Shown: positions 11,723-23,079 of the stretch, in pieces | Numbering within the stretch: position 1 is the first letter of the stretch | Layout: every line of letters starts with the position of its first letter | Source: Isurus oxyrinchus | Taxonomy: Eukaryota | Reading direction: 5' to 3' | Length of the DNA stretch: 64,000 nt | Assembly: GCA_026770705.1 (NCBI GenBank) | Contig: JANJGN010000071.1 | Location: 1,984,001 to 2,048,000 of the forward strand | Notes under the pieces: generated by a model | Told to the model about the DNA's origin: nothing | The model's input: the letters and a program-made list of their open reading frames with translations, nothing else | Databases searched by the model: none | Position numbers and translations under genes: made by a program

Positions 11723-12424
11723 GTAATATCATCGTCAGCTCGGATAGATTTATGTTTAACAGTCTTTGTAAAAGATCATTCTTATCTCTTTATCTCTGTA
11801 ACCTCCTGCAACGCAACCAATCAACTTCCCAGATCTCTGTGTTACTCCAATTCCGGCCTCTTGACCATCCCCCGATTCCCATCACTCCAATACTGGCGGC
11901 CGGGCCTTCAGCTGCCTGGGGCCTGAGCTCTGGGAATTCACTCCCTAAACCTCGGGGATGGAGGAGCTCAGAGGGTTTCATTTTACTGAGAATCACCACG
12001 ACCACATCACAGCTGCAGTGAGAATAGACAGAGAGTCCAGCCCTCGCACTTCCTGCACAGTTTCACCATAGCAACCACAATATGGAAATTTAAAAATACT
12101 GAAAGTTAAACTGAAGCTCAAACCAGTCAGTGTAGAGAGATGAGATGTTTACACAGTTTCCCTGTGTGTCTTGTAGACACTGTGTTGGGTGGAAGACTGG
12201 CTTCACTAAACAGGGTCCTGAGGACCATGAGCCAATGTAGAATGAACTTGTCCACTCCTGTGTCCAGGATTCTCTTCCCTCCATTGTGAAACCTTGGGGG
12301 GTTCTTTGTGTCCTGTAGATGGTCCACACTGCAGCCACTGTGCCCCAGTGATGGAGGGGGTGGATATCGAGTCTAGTGGATCTACAAACTATCCAGAGTT
12401 AAATATTGATATTTCTCTCCCCAG

Positions 12425-12799
12425 TTGGACTGTCACAAGAGTGGAAAGGTGACACTCCACGAGAGGTTGCAGCACAGGAAGGCTCGTGTGTACAGATTCC
12501 ATGTCATTACAGTTACTCATCAAATTTAGTAGGGAGATCGCGTGTCAGAATCTGGTTGAAAGGAACAGATGTGAATCCACAGCATAAATGGTCTATAGCC
12601 TTTCACTCCAAGGGTCACAGTCACAGGGATCAAAGATTCCACCATCGTACCCGGCTGTCTGGAGACCTGAAAGATGGCGACTGTTCCCTGATTATAAACA
12701 ACATCAGACGGGAAGATGCAGGACCTTATTTTTTCAGAATAGAATTTGACAATGGTCCGAGCCATAACTATTACCCTGTAACCCAGCTTCACGTTTCTG
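12425..12799 (+). CDS. Copy B: Siglec V-set (sialic-acid-binding) exon
   Basis: EGSCVQIPCHYSY (two Cys), GDCSL, DAGPYFFRIE with the essential Arg; ccag|TT...TCTG|gtaagt. Confidence 0.9.
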
Positions 12800-13271
12800 G
12801 TAAGTGCTGTGTTATATTTACTCAACAATTCACATTCAACACTCGATGGGAAATAACACAAACTGTGACGTTTACACATTAACACAAAACACAGCTTATT
12901 ATAACACGCTACCTGATTCTCAATAACCTGGTGATAGCTTCCAGTTCAGTCCTAAAGCAACCTCTAATACTCACTTTAATATCAATGATGAAAAGCATTA
13001 ACTGTATTCTCAGGTTACCATTCCCATCAATCTCTCCTGTCCTGTTTAAAAGTCTGACGTATCGATAAAAGAAAGATGTGCATTTCTGCAGCGCAATTTA
13101 CCACCTCAGGAGGATCCAAATCCCTTCACAGCCAATGAAATTATTCCTAAATTGTAGTCACAGATGTAAAACACAGCAGGCAGTTTGTGCACAGCAAGAT
13201 CCAACAAACCACAAGGTGCTAAATCACCTAGATCACTGAGGAAATGAAAAGCCAGTGAACAGAAACCTCTG

Positions 13272-13408
13272 GTCTGATGAAGAGTCATACGGACTCGAAA
13301 CGTTAACCCTGTCTTCCTCTCCACTGATACTGTCAGACCTGCTGAGTCTTTCCAGCAATTTTTGTTTTTGTTTCAGATTTCCAGCATCCGCAGTATTCTG
13401 CTTTTAAC
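13272..13408 (+). mobile_element. Penelope terminal-repeat fragment with hammerhead-like core
   Basis: CTGATGA-AGAGTC-atacg-GACTC-GAAACGTTA; copies at 21557 and 58581. Confidence 0.65.
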
Positions 13409-13657
13409 TCCAATCTCTAGTCTGAGCCTCTTCTCTCATCCAGTGTTCTCAATTCACATGTCTCGGAGTGAACGTGTATTAAGCTGAGAGACAGAAACAC
13501 AACTGCCAAAGAGCAAGAAAATCTCTCCTGATCATTGTAACCTCTCAGTTCTGATATCATCCTTGTAAAAGTGCTTTCTCTTGTGGGACTGTGATTTCTA
13601 TTTGAACTGATGCTTCACGTTATATTTTTCTAAAAGGATCCATTTTCTGTCTGTTAG

Positions 13658-13954
13658 ATTTCACAGATAAACCCACGATATTCCCTGCTGAAATTATTGC
13701 AGGAAAGCGTGTGGATGTAAGCTGCACCTTCAACACAACGTGCAATGGAACAGCAGCACCTGTCTTAACCTGGGACACTCCCACTGACGTACCTGGATCA
13801 GTCTCAAACACTGTAACTCAGCATGGTGTCACTCTGACCTATACTTCTGTTCTGACCCTGATCCCATCACTCAAACACCACGGACACACTCTCAGCTGCA
13901 GAGTGAGATATCCATCTGTTTCATCGGAGCGGACCCTTGTACTAACTGTGCAAG
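13658..13954 (+). CDS. Copy B: Siglec domain-2 (C2-set) exon
   Basis: FTDKPTI...VSCTFNTTCNGTAAPVLTW...SVLTLIPSLKHHGHTLSCRV, the typical Siglec domain-2 pattern with an extra Cys; 297 nt, phase 1-1. Confidence 0.9.
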
Positions 13955-14277
13955 GTTAGTATGGACACCCTTCATTCTACATCAGCACTCCCTCAGCGCT
14001 GACCCTCTGACAGTGCAGCCCGTTCTCAGTATCCACATTCTAAGGCCTCTCAAAGTGCTTCACAGTCGATAGAAGTTAATTGATCTTTATTTGATTATTG
14101 CTGAATGAAGAGACAAGCTGTCTAAAGTTTACATCTCGCACACACCATTCTCCATGGCAACACCTCCACCTATCAGAGACCACTTGCCAACCAATCAGCA
14201 CTCTCCTCCCGTTAAGTATAAATTGTTGTTCACTTTCTGTTGCTAATCCTGCGAACGTGCTTCTTGATTCCTGCCAT

Positions 14278-14430
14278 GACATCTTAATGTCCAAATGAAC
14301 AGAACAAGTTCCAACAATGAGCTGTGGTTGGTGATTCCTCACGTTACATCCAGGGACACTGGAGACTATCAGTGTGTGGCAGAAAATGAACATGGAGCAG
14401 TGGGGGTTTTCATAACCGTCACTGTGGAAC
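14278..14430 (+). pseudogene. Copy B: 3' half of Ig3 exon (5' half replaced by foreign sequence)
   Basis: Matches 983-1135. The acceptor and first half are replaced by about 14093-14277. Confidence 0.8.
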
Positions 14431-16101
14431 GTGAGTGTACACAGACTTCAACATCTCTCTCAGATTCAAACATTACACAAACACCCTCAAATATACAGAA
14501 CTAAATAGACACGTGCAGACACACATGTATGAGCAATTACAAAGACACACTCACGAACAAACACACTAGCACACACTCCCCTGTGGTTTACCTGAGTACT
14601 GCACTGGAGAGTTGGCCAGGATTCTGGGATTTGTGTTCCCATTCATATTTATGGAAGAATATGGAAATTGCAAAGTCTATTACAGACACTCAGATGCATA
14701 GAGGCACTCACAGATACTCTCTGCCTCTCCAACTCTCTCTCTCCCTTTAAGAAGCTTCCTGAAAGCTAACCCTTCGAACAATCACCGGTCCCAACTCCTC
14801 CTTATCTGATTCTGTGTGATTTTGTTTGTGTATCTGAGAGTAAGAGAGAGGTGGAGAGGTTTAGTTAGAGAATTCCTGCTGGTGAAAAGCTTACATCATT
14901 TACTCACCTTTCCAGTGCACATATTTCCCAGTATGTCCAATGCCCCTGTTTATAATGATGACTGCCTATGTAAACGTCACGCTGTAGTTACATTCTCCCA
15001 CCAGTGGTGGCATTGTAGCACTTAATTCTTGTGTTTCCCAGCTTTTCAAGCAACTCCACTTCCCAGTTTGCTACACAAGCTGTGAGTTCATCAGAATTAA
15101 ATTATTTCTCAAATGATAGATTTGATAATTCATTTTATTGAAAACTTCCTCAGCGCCTCCTTGAAGGGTTTACACTCTCTGGGAAGCAGGAATAGGCTGG
15201 ATGTTGGGGAGGTCATCTTTTCCCAGAGAGTAGGGATCCTTGAGAATGTGCTGTCAGTGGGTGTGGTAGTTCCTGTTTCTCTGTCGCCTTCAAGAGGGAT
15301 CTGGAGTGGTTACTGACTGGGGGAGAGAACATGGAAGTGGAGAATGATACAGCACAGGAGGAGGCCATTCAGCCCATTGTGCCTGTGCCAGGTCTTTCAA
15401 TTTTCTATCCAATCAGATCCACTAACCACCACTCCACTTTGCCACCATCATCCTCCTTCAAGTGTTTATCCAATTTCCCTTTTGAAAGTTCCTATTGCAT
15501 CTGCTTCCAGCGCCCTTTCAGGCAGAACCTTCCAGATCACAACAACTCGCTCTGTCAAAACAAATTCTCCTCATCTCCACCTCCGGTTCGTCAATCTTGT
15601 CCCTCTGGTTACCGACCCTCCTGCCCCTTAAATACATCGATACTGTTCACCTCAACCACTCCCAGTGATAGCGAGTTCCACATTCTCCCCTCTCTCTGGG
15701 TAAAGATTGGAACTGTTTATTAAGCGGGGGGTGTAAGTCCGTGGGGGAGTCCATCTCGATCCTGCCCGATTCACACACACGTCCGAGATGGATTTCCACG
15801 CTGCACTAAATGTTTCCAGAATTTTCTACAGCACAATCCTGTACACAGCGATGGAGAGAAACATTGGACAGGGAGTCCAACAGCACAATGATCCATTCTC
15901 ACCAATGTTCCACGCTAAGGGGAAAGTTCCGATTGTCCACTCTTAGAGTGTTTACAATGAAAACATTCATTCCACATTGAATCCCAGTGGATGGGTCAAT
16001 ATTACAGCAAATGTTGCAGTGATATGAAGCTTGATTGTTCAGCCAGAGTGAGAGATTGAAAGCGGAGAGTCAGTGATGATTTCTTTCTGTGTGTTCTCTA
16101 G

Positions 16102-16223
16102 ACAGTGGAGGAGAGATTCTGCACGTGATCCTGATCCTGGGAATACGAGCTGTGATATTCCTTGTGGCTGGAGTCTGTGTCTGGGAGAGACAAACAGTGA
16201 AAGGAAGTCGACAGACTGTTTGA
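16102..16223 (+). CDS. Copy B: activating-type TM + short tail exon (Arg in TM)
   Basis: ttctctag|AC, phase 1: SGGEILHVILILGIRAVIFLVAGVCVWERQTVKGSRQTV*. Confidence 0.7.
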
Positions 16224-16344
16224 AGCTTTGTACAGCAACAATCTGGTCAGTCAGTGCGGACAAATAACGTGTGATGTTGGGTTAAGTGTAATGAAACTGG
16301 ACAGTGTCCTGGTTAGAATCACCTTCGTATCAGAGAGGCATTCC

Positions 16345-16945
16345 AGCACAGTGGGAGCCCATTCAGCCCATTGAGTCCATGCTGTCTCTCTGTAGAGCAA
16401 TCCACTCAGTCCCATTCCCCCACTCTATCCCCGTATCCCTGTGAGTTTATTTCCCCTCAAGTGTCCATCCAATTTCCTTTTGAAATCGTTCATCGTCTCC
16501 ACTTCCACCATCCTCGTAGGCAGCGAGTTCCAGCTCATTACTACTCGCTGTGTAAAAAAGTTCCTTCTCACATCCCCCCTCTGCCCAAAACCTTCAATCT
16601 GTGTCCCCCAGTCCTTGTACCATCAGCTAATGGCAACAGCTTCTCTTTGTCTACCTGATCTAAACCCATCATCATCTTGTACACCTCGATCAGATCCCCC
16701 CTCAATCTCCTTTGCTCCAAGGAGAACAACCCCAGCTTCTCCAACCCAACCTTGTAGCTAAAATCCCTCATCCCTGGACCCATTCTGCTCAATCTCCTCC
16801 CCACCCTCTCAAGGACCCTCACTTCCTTCCCAAAGTGAGGAGACCAGAACTGGACACAATACTCTAGTTGTGACCTAACCAGAGCTTTATAAATGTTCAG
16901 CATAACCTCCCTGTGTTTGTACTCAATCCCTCCATTTATGAAAAG
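16345..16945 (-). mobile_element. CR1 LINE 3' fragment (RT C-terminus)
   Basis: YKALVRSQLEYCVQFWSP...LEQRRLRGDLIEVYK; copy at 61670-62270. Confidence 0.9.
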
Positions 16946-17659
16946 CTTATTCTTTCCATCAGCACAAACAGCAATTTCCAAGTGGACTCCCATCAGCAGA
17001 CAGAGTGCAATGAAACATCGGCATGCCTGCTTCTTAATGTACGGAGAGAAACCTGCAACGAGAGATTCTCCTTCTTCTCCTCAGCAAGCTGAAACTTTTC
17101 CTTATACCTGGTGCTCCCCAGTCCTGCTGTGTGGACACATCATAACCACGGCATTGTCTGGCTGTGTGCAGCCAACATGGTCGAATAGGAATGAACAGAA
17201 ATGTGCCGTTGCTAAACTCTGTTCTCTGATTGGAATGTGCTTTCTGAATGCTGCACCTTTTTCATGCTGCGATAGATTGTAAGAAGCATTTGGGTTATGA
17301 ATAAAATTACATTGATTAACACAAGTGATTAAAATGCTCAGCCTGTTCTGTAGATATTTATAGATTAAAATTCTTATTTTGCTGCCAAATACTTGGCTCA
17401 AAGACATAGCTTCATGCTGTCACCTTTTCTCCATCATATGAGTTCCTCAGCCCATCTTTATAATAGGAATTTCCCATGTAAACATGTCACATTGTAGTTG
17501 CACACTGCTGCCAGTGGTGGTGCCATTCCAAAGCTGTCCTGCTGCACAGACACAGTGAGAATTATTCTCGACGTGTACATGATGTTGTTGTTACACAGAC
17601 ATCAGGCGGAATCTTGGTCAGCGCCTAGAATGCACTTGGGACAGTGCAGACCATGCTCA

Positions 17660-19020
17660 GAACTGACAGTGCAGCGTTTCCTCAGTGCTGACCCTCCGTC
17701 AGTGCAGCGCTCCCTCATTACTGTCTCTCTGACAGTGCTGCACTACCTCATTATTGACCCTTTTCAAGTGCTTCACCCCGTCATCATTGACCTTCTGACC
17801 GTGCAGGATTCCCTCATGGCTGACACTCTGACAGTGCAGCACTCCCTGAATACTGACCCTCTGATACTGTACCCCTCCATCACTAATGACTTTCCAACAG
17901 TTCAGCACTCCCTAGGTACAGACAATCTGACAGGGCAGCATTCCCTCAGTATTCAAACTCCCACTATGCAGCTGTCCCTCAGGATTCTCCCCCCCACAGT
18001 ACAGCACTCCCTCAGTACTCTCCCTCCCACAGTGCAGCACTCCCTCAGTTCTCTCACTCCCACAGTGCATTACTCCCTCAGTACTCACCCTCCCACAGTG
18101 CAGTACTCCCTCAGTACTCACCCTCCCACAGTGCAGCAGTCCCTCAGTACTCACCCTCCCACAGTGCAGCACACCCTCAGTACTCACCCTCCCAAAGTGC
18201 AGCAGTCCCTCAGTACTCACCCTCCCATAGTGCAGCACACCCTCAGTACTCACCCTCCCCCAGTGCAGCACTCCCTCAGTACTCACCCTCCCACAGTGCA
18301 GTACTCCCTCAGTACTCACCCTCCCCGAGTGCAACACTCCCTCAGTACTCACCCTCCCACAGTGCAGTACTCCCTCAGCACTCACCCTCCCACAGTGCAG
18401 TACTCCCTCAGTACTCACCCTCCCACAGTGCAGCACACCCTCAGTACACACCCTCCCACAGTGCAGCACTCCATCAGTACTGACCCTCCCACAGTGCAGC
18501 ACTCCCTCAGTACTCACCCTCCCACTGTGCTGTGTGAGTTGTTTCAATCAAGACTGGTGCACAAAGAGGGAGGTTTCAATGCTAAATCATTGAAATCGGT
18601 GAAAATTATTTTTAGGCTTACGAGAACAAGACTTTGTTCCTCAAATCCTTTCCTTTGCAATAACACACAGTACTAGAATCTCTGTTTAAATAAATTCCAG
18701 TTAAACTTTGCCATGAAAGGATATCTTCTCACACTCCGCTCTCCCTCAGTACTAACCCTCCCACAGTCCGGCACCCCCTCAATACTGACCCTCCGACTGT
18801 GCAAATCTCACTCAGTACAGACCCGCTGACAGTTCAGCACTCCCTCATTACTGATCCTCTGACAGTGCAGCACTCCCTCATTAAGGACCCTCTTCCAGTG
18901 CAGCACTCCCACGTTACTGTCCCTCTGACAGTGCAGCACTCCCACATTACTGACCTTCTGATAGTGCAGCACTCACTCAGTACTGACCCTCACACAGTGC
19001 AGCACTCCCTCAGTACTATA
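17660..19020 (+). repeat. 33-bp minisatellite arrays
   Basis: Arrays at 17660-18530 and 18740-19020. Confidence 0.92.
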
Positions 19021-19822
19021 CCCCTGTCAACATGTATCATACGGCCAGAGACCTGTATTGGGAACTCTATCACCTGCACTTCAGCCTCTGAGATGAGGGG
19101 GAGGGGTCTAATCCCACGGAGCCAATGGAGAAGCTTGATGACTACAGCTGCCCAAATATGAGCTGACAGATCACACATGGTAAACGTTTTGCTGAGAGCA
19201 CAAAACATCCTCGATCTTCTCACTGGTTACCCACTTCCTCATTTTGTCTCACAGTGACACATCCACCCTTTCTAATTAAATACACAGAGGGAGCAGCACA
19301 GGAAGAGGTCATTCAGCCCAAGCAGAGCGTGTGGGCAGTTCCTCCCCAGGCGAGCAGTCGGACAGGTCATGGGTAAGTAATGGAACGATTGGAATTCACT
19401 TCCACGACCAACACCGTCCTTTGTTGATGTTGTGACTTTATAAAGACAGATTCCAATGATTGATGCCTTTGAAAGATTTCTACTGATTATTGAGATCAGG
19501 GTGTGAGGCTCAAGTCTGTTGTACAGAACATCTTTCTAGCTCAAGGGATGAGGGAAGTGCAGAGACATGAGCTTTGGGACATCCTGAGGTGGTGAAAGGT
19601 GCTATGGAAATGCACGTCCTTCATTGTGTTACTTTCTTAAAGCCTTGTAACTCTCTGCAGAGCACCTATCATCCCACAGAGAATCAAATTAATCTGTGAA
19701 GACATTGTCTAAGAGCAGTTCTGATCTCTCGAGAGCTGTCGGACAAGAGGTGAGGTCTCATTAACTCCTTTCTCTTTCAGAACTTCAGAGTTAGAAGCTG
19801 AGGAAATATCTGGGAGTGGACA

Positions 19823-19862
19823 ATGATCGGGAAATCTTACTTCCTCCTGTCACTTCTCCAAG
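19823..19862 (+). CDS. Copy C: signal peptide exon (coding part)
   Basis: MIGKSYFLLSLLQ|gtaat, phase 1, continuing VGLS-QEWK in the V exon. Confidence 0.8.
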
Positions 19863-20724
19863 GTAATACCATCGTCAGCTCAGACAGATTTATGGTGAAT
19901 AGTCTTTGTAAAAGATCATTCTTATTGAGCTCTGATAGGGAACTGATTCAGCAGTGAGGCAGTGTACAAACTCACACCAAGTCCCATTCACCCATCACCC
20001 CTAAACTATCTGACTCCTGGTCCTACAGCATCTCAAACTTAAAATACACATCTCTTTGTTCAAATGCATCCATTGCCTCACACTGCGTCCTTATCTCTGT
20101 AACCTCCTGCAACTCTCCCAACCAACGTCCCAGATCTCTGTGTTACTCCAATTCCGGCCTCTTGACCATCCCCCGATTCCCATCACTCCAATACTGGCGG
20201 CCGGGCCTTTAGCTGCCTGGGGCCTGAGCTCTGGAATTCACTCCCTAAGCCTCGGGGATGGAGGAGATCAGAGGGTTTCATTTTACTGAAAACCTCCACG
20301 ACTACATCACAGCTGCAGTCAGAATAGACAGAGAGTCCAGCCCTCGCACTTCCTGCACAGTTTCACCATAGCAACCACAAGAAGGAAGTAAAATAACTGA
20401 AAGTTAAACCGAAGCCAAACCAGTCAGTGTAGAGAGATGAGATATTTACACAGTTTCCCTGTGTGTCTTGTAGACACTGTGTTGGGTGGAAGACTGGCTT
20501 CACTAAACAGGGTCCTGAGGACCATGAGCCAATGTAGAATGAACTTGTCCACTCCTGTGTCCAGGATTCTCTTCTATCCATTGTGAAACCTTGGGGAGTT
20601 CCATGTGTGTCCTGTAGATGGTCCACACTGCAGCCACTGTGCCCCAGTGATGGAGGGGGTGGATATCAAGTCTAGTGGATCTACAAACCATCCAGAGTTA
20701 AATATTTGATATTTCTCTCCTCAG

Positions 20725-21093
20725 TTGGACTGTCACAAGAGTGGAAAGGTGACACTCCACGAGAGGTGACAGCGCAGGAAGGTACGTGTGTACAGATTCC
20801 ATGTCATTACAGTTATCCAGCACATTTGGAAAACCAACCGCGAGGTGGAGTCTGGTTTAATAATGAGAAACAGATTCCCTGGGCTCCCATTGCCTTTCAC
20901 TCCAAAGATCACAGTCACGAGTTACCACGGTTCCACAATCGGACCCGGCTTTCTGGAGACCTGAAAGATGGCGACTGTTCCCTGATTATAAACAACATCA
21001 CACGGGAAGATGAAGGACCTTATTTTTTCAGAATAGAATTTGACAATGGTCCGAGCTATAACTATTACCCTGTAACCCAGCTTCACATTTCTG
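20725..21093 (+). CDS. Copy C: Siglec V-set exon
   Basis: CVQIPCHYSY...GDCSL...DEGPYFFRIE; tcag|TT...TCTG|gtaagt; 369 nt. Confidence 0.9.
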
Positions 21094-21778
21094 GTAAGTG
21101 CTGTGTTATAATTACTCAACAATTCACATACAACACTCAATGGGAAATAACACAAACTGTGACGTTTACATATTAACACAAAACACAGCTTATTATAACA
21201 CACTGTCTGATTCTCAATAGCTTCCAGTTCAGTCCTAAAGCAACGTCTAATACTCACTTTAATATCAATGATGAAAAGTATTAACTGTATTATCAGGTTA
21301 CCACTCCCATCAATCTCTCCTGTCCTGTTTAAAAGTCTGACTTATCGATAAAAGAAAGATGTGCATTTCTGCTGCGCAATTTACCACCTCAGGAGGATCC
21401 AAATCCCTTCACAGCCAATGACATTATTCCTGAATTGTAGTCACAGATGTAAAACACAGCAGGCAGTTTGTGCACAGCAAGATCCAACAAACCACAAGGT
21501 GATAAATCACCCAGATCACTGAGGAAATGAGAAGCCAGTGAACTCAAACCTCTGGTCTGATGAAGAGTCATACGGACTCGAAACGTTAACCCTGTCTTCC
21601 TCTCCACTGATACTGTCAGACCTGCTGAGTCTTTCCAGCAATTTTTGTTTTTGTTTCAGATTTCCAGCATCCGCAGTATTCTGCTTTTAACTCCAATCTC
21701 TGGTCTGAGCCTCTTCTCTCATCCAGTGTTCTCAATTCACATGTCTCGGAGTGAAAGGATCCATTCTCCGTGTGTTAG

Positions 21779-21804
21779 ATTTCACAGATAAACCTTTGAT
21801 ATTC
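21779..21804 (+). pseudogene. Copy C: stub of C2 exon truncated by LINE insertion
   Basis: gttag|ATTTCACAGATAAACC matches the start of 13658, then switches to antisense CR1 sequence. Confidence 0.75.
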
Positions 21805-22950
21805 ATCAGAAAACCTGGAAATATTGCACTTGGCTCCCTCACCCAAGTCATTTAAATATATCGTGAATAGTTAGGTCCCAAGCACGGATCCCTGTGGTAC
21901 ACCACTAGTCACTGCCTGCCACTCAGATAAAGACTAATTTATTCTGACCCTCTGTTTCCTGTCTGTCGACCAATTCTCAATCCATGTCAGTAAATTACCC
22001 CCAATCCCATGGGCTTTAATGTTGCCCACTAGTCTCTTATGTGGGACCTTATCAAAAGCCTTCTTGAAATCTAAAAACACCACATCCACTGGTTATCCCT
22101 TATCTATTCCACAAGTTACATCCTCAAAATCTCCAGTAGATTAGTTAAGCATGGTTTTCCTTTCATTAACCCATGCTGACTTTGTCTAATCCCATTAAAG
22201 CTTTCCAAGCGTTCCGTTAGCACACCTTATATAATAGGCTCTAGCGTTTTCCCCATGTTAGACTAACTGGTCTGTAATTCCCAGTTTTTTTCTCTCCCTT
22301 CTATTTTAAATAGTGGGGTTACAATTGCCACCCTCCAATCTATAGGAACTGCTCCAGAGCCTATAGAATTTTGGAGGATGACCACCAGTGCTTCCAATAT
22401 TTCCAGGGTCACTTCCGTTAGTCTCTGGGATGTAGATTTTCAGGCCCTGGGGACTGTTCAACCTTTAACCCATTAATCTCTCCAGATTCATTTTTTAAAA
22501 CTAATCCTGATTATCTTCAATTCCTCCCTCTCACTAGACACTTGGTTCCCTAACATTCCTGGGAAATTATTTGTGTCCTCTTTTGTGAAGACAGAACCAA
22601 AATATATGTTCAGTTCTTCTGCCATTTCTTTGTTTCTCATTAGAATTTCCCCCATTTCTGACTGCAAGGAACCTACATCGGTCACTGCTAATCTTTCTCT
22701 CTTCACATATTTATAGAAGCTTTTACAGTCGGTTTTTACGTTCCCTGCAAGTTTACTCCCATGTTCCATTTTCCCCTTCTTGATCAATCTTTTTGTCCAC
22801 TTTTGCTGAATTCTAAACTGCTCCCAATCCTCAGCATTGCTGCTTTCCCTGGCAATTTTATGTCTCCTCTCTGGATCTAATACTATCCCTAATTTCTTTT
22901 GTAAGCCCTGGTTGAGCACCATTTCCTGACTTATTTTTACGCCAGACAGA
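21805..22950 (-). mobile_element. CR1 LINE internal fragment (antisense) disrupting the C2 exon of copy C
   Basis: Minus-strand KSFYKYVKR...AEELNIYFGSVFTKED; the RT motifs DFKKAFDKVPH and GVPQGSVLG can be read on the minus strand. Confidence 0.88.
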
Positions 22951-23079
22951 AATGGATAATTGTTGTAGCAAATGCTTCAGCCTTATCTTTTGCCCTGATG
23001 TGCTGGGCTCCCCCTTCATTGAGGATGGGGATATTTGTGGATTCCCCTCCTCCAGTGAGTTAATTGTCCGTTACCATTG

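Larger units (their letters stand above)
11100..16223 (+). pseudogene. Siglec-like copy B (activating type), pseudogene
   Basis: Leader 11683-11722 has TAA at 11710-11712 (TCA in paralogs). V 12425-12799 and C2 13658-13954 are intact. Ig3 is 5'-truncated (14278-14430). TM exon 16102-16223 has an 18-nt in-frame deletion. Confidence 0.8.

Noticed and set aside
12146-12184. CACTGTG heptamer upstream of V exons (and CACAGTG in minisatellite variants) as a V(D)J RSS
   Set aside because: No credible nonamer at 12 or 23 bp. The V exons already include the G strand and have Siglec rather than Ig/TCR hallmarks.
12425-12799. Assigning a gene symbol (CD22, MAG, SIGLEC1, SIGLEC15, CD33)
   Set aside because: The family is clear, but orthology cannot be established without a phylogeny, and the domain numbers and tails fit none exactly.
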